Assembly: GCA_964247055.1 (NCBI GenBank)
Contig: OZ176050.1
Coordinates: forward strand, 14,322,001-14,386,000
Origin: Paragordius varius
Lineage: Eukaryota; Animalia; Nematomorpha
Direction: 5' to 3'
Length of the DNA stretch: 64,000 bases
In this document: one piece after another, positions 11,401 to 22,699 of the stretch
How the letters are laid out: the number at the start of each line of letters is the position of its first letter
Position numbering within the stretch: the stretch's first letter is position 1
Made by a program: the position numbers and the translations under genes
The notes under the pieces: generated by a model
What the model saw: only the letters and a program-made list of their open reading frames with translations
Told to the model about the DNA's origin: nothing
The model's database searches: none

Positions 11401-14400
11401 GTTTGGTTTTTCCTAAGTCGTAAACGACTTTTTGGATATAGTTTTAACTATTTCTTTCCATTTTTTTCTATCTTTAACCGCTATATTGAGCTCTTTCAGT
11501 GTCATTTTGGTCTCTTCTTTTATCATATCCAACCACCTCATCGGTGGTCGGCCTCGTTTCCTTTGCCCTTCTACCTTCCCAAACATTGTATCTTTCTCCA
11601 GAGAATTCGATCGCATGACATGACCAAAATATGTTAACTTTCTTTTTAGAATTATCTCCATGATGTTTGTTTTAGGTTTTATTTCTGTAGTTAGATTTTC
11701 ATTCTTAATTTTATCCTTCCAGGTGTATCCTAGCATCCTACGCCAGCAACTCCTTTCAAAAGCCATGAGCCTTTCTTTGTCCTTTTTTCTGAGAGTCCAA
11801 CTCTCACATCCATATGTGGTGACCGGGAGAACGAAACAGTAGAGTAATCTTTTTTTGGTTTCAACTCCTACGCTTTTGTTTTTCCAAATCTTTATTAATT
11901 TGGTCATTGCTTCTCTACCCAATCCTATTCTCTTTCTAAGGTCAGGAGTTGAAGACCCATCCTCTGAAATTATTGCGCCCAAAAACGTTAACTGTTTAAC
12001 TATTTCTATTTCTAATCCTTCTATTATAATTGTAGGCTTTTTTCCTGTACATAATATTTTGGTTTTGTTAGGATTAAGCCTAAGACCATACCTCAAACTT
12101 TCCTTTCGAATCTCTTCAATCAATTCCTTCAAATCATTTGCACTTTCAGCTATAAGAGTGGTATCGTCTGCAAACCTTAAATTATTGATTGTTCTCCCTC
12201 CTATTCTTACTCCAATATTTTACCATCCAACTTCCTCATTATCATTTCTGTGCACATATTGAACAGATAAGGGGATAAGCAACACCCTTGTCTGACTCCT
12301 TTCAAGATTGGTATTTCGTCTGTGTCTCCCGCTGGTGTTCTAATAATCGCTCTTTGTTTTACATACAGAGAGCTAATCAATCTTATTAAGTGAGACGATA
12401 CCCCTACTAACTTTAATGTTTCCCACAAGGAGTCATAGTTAATTGAATCGAATGCTTGTCTGTAATCAATAAAACACATGTATAATTCTTTCTGGAACTC
12501 TTTTGATGTTTCCATTATCCTTCTCATGTTTGAGATATGGTCTCTTGTGCTATTTCCCTTCATAAATCCGGCTTGATTTTCTGGTATTTCTGTCTGTATG
12601 ATACTGTGCATTCTGTTTTGTATTACTTTTAGTAAGACCATACTAGCGTGGCTAATAAGAGATATGTTCCGATAATTCTCGCATTGGAGTACATCTCCTT
12701 TTTTATATATTGGGAGATATACAGATGATGCCCAATCGTTTGGCCACTCACATGTTTCCCACACCTTTTGACATAACTGGTGTAACTTTTCAACGGGAAT
12801 AGCTTTTATGAACTCTATTGGGATATTGTCTAATCCCATCGCTTTGTTGTTAGGAATTTGTTTTAAGGCTAATTCAACCTCCTCTCTTAATATATCTGGA
12901 TCACGTTCTTCTTCTTTTAATTGCAACACCTTTGCTTAAGGAGCCTGATAGAGTTTTTGGGTGTATTCCTTCCATCTTTCTCGTACTTCTGTTTGTTTGC
13001 ACAATATGGTGCCATTCTCTTTTTTAATCTTTTGTGATGATATAAAAGGTTTATGAGTCATTTGCTTCAGTTTCTGGAACATTGGTTGCATTAATCCTTT
13101 TTTGTTATTTAATTCCACTTCCAGACATTGTTTATTAAGAAAATCTTCATAATCCTTCCTTGTTTGTCGTTGAAATTCTTTGTTATATAATTTTACCATT
13201 TTATTATCACCTCTTGATTTAGCTTTTCTCCTCTTTTCTGCTATCTCTATACTCTTTTCTGATATCCATTTGTTATCTTTCCTCTTTACTCTCTGCACTT
13301 TTTCTTTTGCCACTTCATTAACAACATTTTTTATCGTTCCCCATAATTGTTCTGAGCTACATCCATTGTCCAATCTTCCTAATCTATCTTTGGTTTCTGT
13401 TCTAAAACTATTTGGAATGTTCCGAGTGTCATATCTGTATATCTGTTTAACCTTATTTTTAATTATTTTAAGTTTGATTTTGGTTATTAGAAGCTCATGA
13501 TCGCTAGAGCAATCGCTGCTTTTGCTTGTTTTGGTATCGATTATAGAGCTTTTCCATTTTTGAGGACACATTATGTAATCAATTTGATTCTTATATTTAC
13601 CACATGGAGAGGTCCATGTGTATAACCTCCTATTGTGTTGTGGAAACCATGTGTTGGTTATCATCATCTCATTTTCTTGACAAAAATTGATCAGTGCTTC
13701 CCCGGACTCGTTTCGTTCTCCCAATCCATATGGCCCGACTATTTGATCTACTCTACCTCTACCAACTTTGCTGTTCTAATCCCCTCCTATGATAATCATA
13801 TCTCCTTTCTTCGTTTCATCCAAAACTATTTGCAACGTTGCATAAAAGTCCTCTATGTCTTCTTTGGGAGCGTTTGACGTAGGAGCATAGACTACTATGT
13901 ATGTAAATTTAAGTGGCTTGGCATTCAGCCTAATACTCATGATTCTGGGTGTATATGGTGTATAACTAATGAGACTTTTATTTAATTTGTTTTTTATTAA
14001 TACTGCAACGCCTTCAGATTTCTGGTCATCTCTCCCCAATCTTAACAATGTATAATTTTCGTTTTGTACTTTCGCGCTACCTTTTTGCTTGGTTTCCGTT
14101 AGACCCAGTATATCTATGTTCAATCTTTCCATTTCCTTTTCAATTATCACCTGTTTGGTTGATGTTAAGGAACGTACGTTCCAGCATCCAACTTTGAAAA
14201 GTCTTGTTAAGTTCATATAGTAAAACTATTTTTTGGCAGTAATAAACGAGGGTGGTTTGCCATTGCCTTCCCTCTCACTTACCCTCTTTACAAAAGATAA
14301 ATATCTAGAATAATTAAAATTAAAGAGTAATCTTTATAAATGTTGTTAATTTGGATAAATTATAAATATTGATATTTTACTCTGTCTGGCAATCATAAAG

Positions 14401-14705
14401 GAAAAATATATAAAGAAATTATGGCTAGGCTAGTAAAAATGAAATAATTAGGCACCAAGGAGTAGAGAAAAAAAAGAGAATTGTATAACAATGATTTTTG
14501 ATGACTTAAGAATTATGTTACTCTTTAAATTACATACTTAGCATACAAATAAAAGAAAAACTCTACAAAACAAAGAAAAAGATTAATAATTACTAAAAGG
14601 AAACATATTTTTTAAATATATTTATAGTATATAATAAAATAATACTATCCTTGAATATCTTGCCGCTTTCAATCACATGGTTTCATGCATGAAAAAAAAA
14701 CATGT
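11401..14705 (-). mobile_element. Near-full-length RTE-clade (BovB-like) non-LTR retrotransposon, single EN-RT ORF broken by frameshifts
   Basis: ORF pieces 14216-13776 (APE endonuclease: GCWNVRSL, LGLTETK, VVYAPT), 13724-12936 (NQIDYI, SDH), 12929-12207 (RT: YRNISL, QAGF, FIDYRQAFDS, GVRQGCCLSP), then an out-of-frame LRFADD and 12132-11413 (FLG, YGCESW, YFGHVMR, RGRPPMRW). The 5' UTR carries GGGAAGGCAATGGCAAACCAC (~14255-14275). A candidate 9-bp target duplication ACACCCCTG at 11392-11400 and 14706-14714 sets the proposed ends; the 5' end could instead be near 14290. Confidence 0.95.
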
Positions 14706-14806
14706 ACACCCCTGAGGTAGCATAATTATAAAACGAAGGGAGAAAAGAGTTACACATGTCTCGATATCACTAGGGACGGCATATTGTTTTATGTTTTAAA
14801 GTTTAA

Positions 14807-15440
14807 CACTCAATTACCTTTTAGGGTAGTTTTTTTCCCAGAGCGATCTGAAATTTGAATATCTCAAATATCAAAATTATTAAGCCAAATTAAAAAATAA
14901 GCTTTCTTTAGTCTTTTAAGCGCATTATTCTAAATTTTTAAAAAAATATAAAAGAAATATAAATATCTCAAATAGTATCAAAGATATTTAGCCAAATTTA
15001 AAAATATTCTTTCTTTAGTCTTTTAAGCGCATTATTCAAATTTTTTTTTTAAAAAATGTAAAATTGTAAAAAAATCTTCATCTCAAACTGTCGCCATTTT
15101 TTTTAATTGCTAAACAGACAAATAAATGTATATATGGTTAGAAAATGTAAATATTTAACTTTAATGAGCTTTCAGGCTAAATTTTACCAGATAAAACTTG
15201 TAATATTTTAATTTTAATATCAGCTGTTCATTCAATCGTTTTTTGGCTCCAAATTTTTGACTTTAAAAGTCACAAAACTCTAAAAAAATACGGACTTTTT
15301 CATCTATTCGTGAGAACAAATGATCAAATTTTCATTAAAATAGCTTTCAACAGTTTTGTTTATTTACAAAATTGAGCTCTGGGATACAAAACTACCTCAA
15401 AAGGTAAACAAGGACTAAAAAGTGAAAAGTTAATGAAGTG
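14807..15440. mobile_element. piggyBac-like MITE family D copy 2 (with internal duplication)
   Basis: TTAA|CACTCAATTACCTTTTAGGGTAG ... CTCTGGGATACAAAACTACCTCAAAAGG-(spacer)-AGTG|TTGA; the segment ctttcttagtcttttaagcgcattatt is duplicated internally. Confidence 0.7.
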
Positions 15441-15782
15441 TTGATGATCTCTCATATTAATCTTTAATAAAAAAGGCTAAAACATATAAAATTTAATTTC
15501 AATAATGGTAAACCATGTCCCTATTTCATATAAATATTTCATTTTAAACGCTATGAAATATTTAAATAATATTTTGGGATCAATTGTTTAAAAAATATAT
15601 ATTATATTAATGTGTCCACGTAAAATTGGTATTTATATTTATAAATATATATGTATTGCAAATAATAGTATTATTATATTTTTTGATAAAACACAGGACT
15701 TCTTAAACTATAGTTCGCGACCCCATTTGGGGTAGCGAGTGATAAATTAAAATTTAACAAAAAAGTTTTTTAACTTGTAAAT

Positions 15783-17830
15783 TCTATATATTTATAAAAA
15801 TGGAAAATGCGGCTTTAAGATCTGTTTTCGTAAAACCGGTAGACCCATTCAAATCCAAATGTCGAAAAATATATTCATTATGAATGCCCTGACAATACGC
15901 CCTTTTTTGAATTAGGCCCCCAGTTAGGGCCCATCCCGTGTAAAAAACGGGTTTTTTTTAAAAACAGAAGTCTACAAAAATCGTGTCTTTAAGACAATTT
16001 TCCTGAAAACTTGTTTACCGATTTCAAATTTAATTTTCGCCGAACATAGTCGGCTCACTTTTTTAATTTAAGCCTTCTTTTTATGCTCTCGCTGAAAAAT
16101 GTCATTTTTTTAGAAAAAATTGTCCACAAAAATTATTTTTTGAATCTATTTTTCGCCCAGGTTATGAGAGCCTAAAAATTATAAGGATTCCAGGTATTCC
16201 CTGTTAGAAGGCAAATATTTTAGTCAAGCGTTTTTTTATGGCTACTGGATAAGGAGATACCCGCTAAAAACTGCCCCTTCATATGGAAACATGGTGCCTT
16301 TGGGGCTAAATTTCAGAAAACCTATCAGATGAGTTCAATAGGTGCTTAAATTATTACCCAATACAAGACAAAAATTTAGGTCGTACGATTTTTTAAAATT
16401 AGCCGTTAATTAGTCCCCTCACGCCCTGAACAATACACAACTATAGAATGATTTTTAAGTTTTAAGGTAATTTTTTTTAAAAACTAATTAGAACATATGG
16501 AATTAATATTGATTCCAGGCATTCTCTGTAAAAAGGCAAAAATTTTAATCAAGCGCTTTTTTTGTATCAGCCTTTATGTAAGGAGCTACCCGCCTAAAAC
16601 TGCGCCATCATATGGAAATTGCGTTGTTTAGAAGTTAATTTTCAGAAAACTTATCAGGCCTTATAAGATTAATGAGGGCCTGAATTATTACCCGTAAAAA
16701 GGGAAAATTTTAGGTCTAGCGGTTTTTTTTAAATTAGCCGTTTAGGCTCTTTACGCCATAAAAATGCGCTATCATTAAATTGTTAGTCAGTTTTGAAGCC
16801 ATTCTTCCAAAAACTATTAAGAACATATAGATTCAATTATGATTCCAGGTATTTCCCTAAGGCAAAAATTTTTATGGAACGTCTTTTATATTGGCTTCTG
16901 GGTAGGGAGTTACCCGCCTACAACTGCACCACCATATCGATACAGGGTGACTTTGGAGGCAAATTTTAGGAAACTTATCAGGCCATATAAATTCAATAAG
17001 GGCTTGAAATATTACCCGTAAAAAGGCAAAAATTTTAGTAGAACGGTTTTATTAAATTACCCCTTAATTAGTCCATTGCCCTGAAAAATGCGCCCCCTAG
17101 AGTGACTTTTTGGTTTTGGAGCACCACGAGAGCATATGGAATCAATCATGATCCAGGTATCACCCGAATTAAGGCAAAATATTTAATCGAGCGTTTTTTT
17201 GTTTCGCCCCGGGTTTGAAGCTACCCGCGTAAAACTGCGTCGTCACCTCGATACAGCATGCTTTTGCAGCCAAATTTTAGAAAACCGATGAGTCTAATAG
17301 GAACATTTCCTTGATAATTATAGATTTTCCCCATATGAGGGCAATTTTAACCAGCGCTTTTTTATACCTGACCTGGGTTAAAAGCTACCTGCCAAAAACT
17401 GCTTTATATAGAAATCGCTTTTAATGGATCTAATTTACAGAATTATGAAGCCATATGAGCTTATTAAAAGCTTGAAATGTTATCCGTAACTAGGTAAAAA
17501 AATCAGGCGTTTTTTTATTAGCCGTTAATTTGGGGCCTTTATGCCCTAAAAATACGCCATCATATAACGATAATTTAGTGTTGAGGTATTTTTTCGAATA
17601 ACGCATGAGATTATGGTATCAAAGATGATTCCAAATATTTGCCCTATAAAGGCAAAGAGCTTTTTCCATATAGGTTTATGGGTAGGGGTCTACTAAAACC
17701 GAGACGCCATACAAAAATGGCGGGGTTTTGGCGCTAATTTTCAAATTAAGAAGCCATTTAGTTAAACACATTTCTGGGGAATTTGTATAATATCATTCTT
17801 TCCTTAAAAGAAACCACCGATCATTATACT
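15783..17830 (+). mobile_element. Non-autonomous Helitron-like element with ~310-330-bp tandem subrepeats (family G copy 2), 3'-truncated
   Basis: Starts TCTATATATTTATAAAAATGG (Helitron-like 5' TC end). gattccagg units at ~16188, 16511, 16841, 17150 and 17627. Inverted homolog of 2085-3680. No hairpin-CTAG 3' end found for this copy. Confidence 0.55.
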
Positions 17831-19270
17831 ATCTTGTATAAATTTACTACGAATCAAAAGATGTTATAGAATTTATAAAAATGTAGATTTATTTTTGTCA
17901 ATCTCTTAAAACCGACATAATCCTGATAATTATCAACGAAATTTCTAAGAGTTTTTTGAATTTTGGGGTCGTTAAAAAACTCGTTATCATAAATGGGGTT
18001 GGGAATTACAAAAGTTTAAGAAGCCATGATATAACAGACCATAATAACTGTAAAATTTTTATATTAAAATATTCTTTAAAAAATATTATTTGGCGACATT
18101 TTTTTATAAAATGTTTTATATTGTTGGCTAAATACTACCATACTTTGTGGTGACACAATTTTTCCATTGCAATTAATCTGAAAATTAAATAATTAAATTT
18201 ATTTCATAAAAAAATAGATAATCAGTTGTCTGCCAGCTTAAATGAGGAATAACATAAATTTGAAAAGTAATTAAAAAAAGGAAATATTAGCAAAAGTCAT
18301 ATATATATATAAATTTTTTAAAACGATTAAAAATAATGTGTAAACCCAATATTTATTCAAGTGTTTTGGATATGTGGAGATAGGTAAGCTACCAAATAAA
18401 ATTATAAAACTATATATCATAACAAAATAATTACAAAAACGATAATAATTAATTAGGTATCTCATATTATATATAGCAAAATATTTTATATATGATATAA
18501 AATAATAAATGAGAATATACCTGCCAGAAAACGGTAAATTTCATGATCAATTATAATATATTTTATTAATATAGAACGTTTATTCTTTGAGAAATGCCTA
18601 TTATGAGCGCCACGCAGATATAAAATGAAAAATAGATTTTTAGATTAACCAATACACAAATGGCTTCGGAGGCTGCATTTTTAACTTAGGAAACCCGCAC
18701 GCTTGAAATATATATGGGCGGCATTAATAAATAAATGTATTTCATTAGAAATTTCAAAAACATTAAAACATTATTTTTTTTCTAGTTCTTTACCAGTTGG
18801 ATAAATTTATTCAAAAAATTTTTTTTAAAAAAAATCTCAGTTTTCTTAAGATTTTGCATGCATATTTTTGCTAATTATGCATTTAAAAAATTTTTATACG
18901 TCGCACAGAAAGTCCCAGAAAGCCGCGTGCTGAACTTCCCTGTTCTAGATCATCAATTTTTCCGTCCCTAGTAAAATCTATTATATGGATTTTTTCCTAA
19001 TAAGTAAATTAGTATACCCATAACATATTAAATTTAAAGCGAAGAGAACATTTGATTTAAAATGCAATAAAAAATTGATAAAATATAGGAATAACTTAAA
19101 TTTTTACGCTTGTAAGACGATTTCTAAAATTGTGTTTACTATTTCAAACGCTAAAAATTGCACTTTTTACCTGTCTGCATATATATTTATTTATCTTTTA
19201 TGATTGGCATATGCATTTCTTAAATCCTCGTTATATAACCCTCAAACACCTCTATATTGATTTATCATAC

Positions 19271-19457
19271 TCTTTGGGTTGGTAGATGGCACCCGCAGAA
19301 GGGGCCGACCCAAAAAGCGGTGGATCGATGTGCTCAAATCAATAACAAATCTAACCTTTCATCAACTGTTGAGAGTAACACAGGATCGCCTAAAATGGAG
19401 AACACTAATCTATGAGAAAGCCAGAGTCAGTATATGACTAGCTTATAACAACAACAA
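19271..19457 (+). mobile_element. 5'-truncated RTE 3' end with (CAA)n tail
   Basis: Translates FGLVDGTRRRGRPKKRWIDVLKS...QDRLKWRTLI..., followed by ataacaacaacaat; different in sequence from the 11.4-14.7 kb element. Confidence 0.85.
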
Positions 19458-19651
19458 TATATATATATATATATTATCATAATAGGTATATAAGGCGAAA
19501 TAGGGGCTTAATGTATAACACATAAAACAAATAATATCAATATTTTATTGCCAATTAAAAAGTTACTTGTAACATATATACGTAATAAGTAATTTAAATA
19601 TTTATTATTTAATTAATCTACAAAAATTATTGAAAATTAATTTTTTTATCC

Positions 19652-21661
19652 ATGTTAACACAAAATAATTCGGCTCAACTTATCCATCAACCCATAAATG
19701 AAAATGGCATCAGGTTTGATAACAAATTCAAAAAAAATAAAAAAATTGATATATGTTATTTTTTAGTTTCGACCAAATATTCCTGAAATTTTTGAAAGTT
19801 ATTTAGTATTTTATACTTTTATTGTAAAATCTTATACCTTTTTTCACCAAAATCAAGTTGTTTTATAGGAACCACTTTATCTTTTAAAACTTTTTTTGGG
19901 ATTTTTCGTATTTTTTTTCGTTATACCTAGTATCTACCATCTTAAATCTCAAATCAAATCATTTTAAAAATATCGTTTTCAATACCAACCAATCGATCGA
20001 GAATTGATATTACCCGATAATTAATAATAATAATTCTACCTTTTTCAATTTGATTTTAGGAAACCCAAGTGTGCCAGGTGTCGGAATCACAATGTTATCC
20101 GTTGGTTGAAAGGGCATAAGAGTGTATGTCCTTACCGTCACTGCAAATGTGACAAATGTATTCTCATCGTAGAACGACAACGTATTATGGCAGCTCAAGT
20201 TGCTCTTAAACGGAAACAGGCAGCCGAGGATGCTGAAATAGTTTTACAGAAAAACGTAAAGTATATTACGGAAGGACCCTTACCCCTAATACTACAGCAA
20301 TCCACCCTTGAACAACCAAGCAATGTTAAAAATCAACCAATTTCTCAACTAGCAAATAAGGATAGTTATGAGGGGGAAGGAGTAGGGACACAAGATTTAG
20401 TAATGAAAACTTTAGCAGATACATCTATACGAAGCCAATCTCGAACGCCTGAAATTGATGATTATAAAACAACCATTGATTATTATGGATCTGGCAAATG
20501 CAAAGTCCAAAAACCTATATCACCTTCAAGCCTACCAATTAATTATTTTGAAAAGCGAAATTCACTTAAAAATAAATTTAGAATTCAACCATATTCGATT
20601 CAATTAAAAGATGTACCATACGATACGCGCCAACAAGAAAAGAAGATACTTTATAAACCACTAAAGTCGTTTAATTCTCAGTCAGAAAATTATTGCATAA
20701 AAGTGAAATCTAACCCAGAACTTAACACAGATATTACTGTTTCTAACCAAACGCCAACTTTAGTTGAAAACGACGTTAAAGTCCTGAAAAAGCCACATTT
20801 ATACAAAGGTAAGGAGATATTATTTTGAGCATTTATCAAAAAATATCGATTATGCATATATGATATAAAATATTGGTGTTAATAGTATGTATTTATATTT
20901 TATTTGTACAGCTTTTACCCCTCCTAATACCCAAATTGATAGATATCGATATTCAATAATCCGATATACTAAAACGCCCTCTAAAATCATGAGAAATCCC
21001 AATTTTGTCCCCATATCGACTGCTATTAATAGAGAAGTATGTAATATTATCATTTTTCAACCTTATTTCAATATTATGTAATATAATAAAAATATGCATT
21101 TTTATACAAAGATTTTTTTGTAAAAATGAATAGATAAATTTAAAATATATAATACTAATATATTTATAAATAAATGGCTAAAACTCGAATTATGAATAGA
21201 AACCTAAATCACATTTGCGACAAGTTTTAAGTACCGAATCAAAATTTCTGACACCTTTACCATTGGAAGCATTAAATAATGATTTGATAAAAGAAAAACT
21301 TAAGATTACACAACAGAATTTACACTCCCCAGAAAACACAACTATGGTTGTCGGTGAAATTTCTCAATCTTTTAGGGATAACACGGAAAAAAGACTTAAT
21401 AATTATTCTAATATTTTGACCCCAGCCTCTGGCCTTTGGCAGAATACTATTGCAACAAAATTATATCCATTTTATGCTTCCACTTACCTTGATTGGTTTT
21501 ATAAATTTGGTAAAACCTTACGGCAACAAAACAATTCAGTCAACGATGACGTTGCATTATTCGACATGTTAACCGAAATATATCAAAACTCTCATCATGT
21601 AAATCATCTCACACGACAAAGTAACGCAATGAAAGATAATAGGCTCTGGAGACCTTTTTAA
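19652..21661 (+). CDS. dmrt93B: DM-domain (doublesex/mab-3) transcription factor, Dmrt93B-like, 465 aa; exons 19652-19713, 20060-20808, 20912-21036, 21200-21661
   Basis: [58 protein letters not shown] is a complete DM domain; the RKPK, WLKGH and LKR..AAED residues favour the 93B subfamily. Splice phases are consistent (1398 nt). The first exon/ATG and the subfamily assignment are inferred. Confidence 0.88.
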
Positions 21662-21774
21662 AAACCTGTTGAAGTGCTCTAGCTAGTTTTAAAAAAATTT
21701 TTCCAAAAGTCAATTAATTAGTTAAATAAGCAATCAATTTTGTTTCCAATTATTGTTATATTGCACATTTTATA

Positions 21775-21809
<35 letters not shown>

Positions 21810-22699
21810 TTTTCCCAATGTAATAAATATAATTGCTAATATATAATACGCATCTTTTATAATAATTCTTCGCACAGGTATCGAAATTTCATTGCGTGTT
21901 TTATTCAAGAATCAACACTGCTATGTAAACAGTATAAAAAAATTATTAATTTACAAAAAAACTATCTTTTCATTTGATATTGATTGATGCCTATTAAAAG
22001 GTAATATATATATATAATTTTTCGTTTGAAGAGAGATAAGTAAAAGATTAATATTTTTTATACCTTGAATTGTTTGATATATTATATAATTTCATGTAAT
22101 TCTAAGTGGTTTTCAATCGACAACCAAGTCAAATATTGTCACAAAATATTAAACAGTAGCGTCTGGTAATTAATAGCAAATGCTTGAAATTAAACCGTAT
22201 TCCCATGATTAACATCATATTCTATTTAATTATAGAAAAATTCTTATTTATCCCATACACTACTGTAAGCAAAAAATAGACGCGTGTATACAGATTGATT
22301 GTAATTTTGTTAAATACAAGTATAAGCGCAAAAAATGTAAAAAATCTTAAAGATCAAATAAAATTTATGTTTACATTAATAAAAATAGTTTAAAGACATT
22401 TAATATTCCAGAAAGGATCAAATTTTTTGTAAAAAAACAATTTCTCTAAATTTTACTATTTTAAATTATAATTTTCCGCTCCAAGAGCGAATCTTTTAAC
22501 CTTATATATGAATGGGCAAGGTTTAAAACTATGAATTATGGTTACGGAATATTAATAAAATAAATGTGTAATTTTTTTATAAATATTTATTTCAATCAGT
22601 TTTGCTGCCAATTTTTGTTTTTGATTTTATAAATCAAAATATGAAAGAAAACATAAATAATAATTAAAAAATAAATATATTAACCATAAAAACCTTATT

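Noticed and set aside
11365-13877. + strand ORFs in the track (11365, 11432, 11660, 11855, 13180, 13635)
   Set aside because: Antisense shadows of the RTE coding sequence.
1795-17830. Composite foldback transposon that captured TMED10
   Set aside because: The left arm sits wholly inside an intron of the metalloprotease, whose exons lie on both sides. The arms are clearly diverged and have Helitron-like rather than TIR ends. Two independent insertions are simpler.
15783-17830. CRISPR-like or satellite array
   Set aside because: Units are ~310-330 bp, diverged along their whole length with no repeat-spacer pattern; eukaryotic context and no cas genes.
18908-19510. RNase MRP-like motifs GAAAGTCCC (18908) and GGGGCTTA (19503)
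   Set aside because: About 600 nt apart with AT-rich filler and an RTE fragment between; no supporting helices seen.
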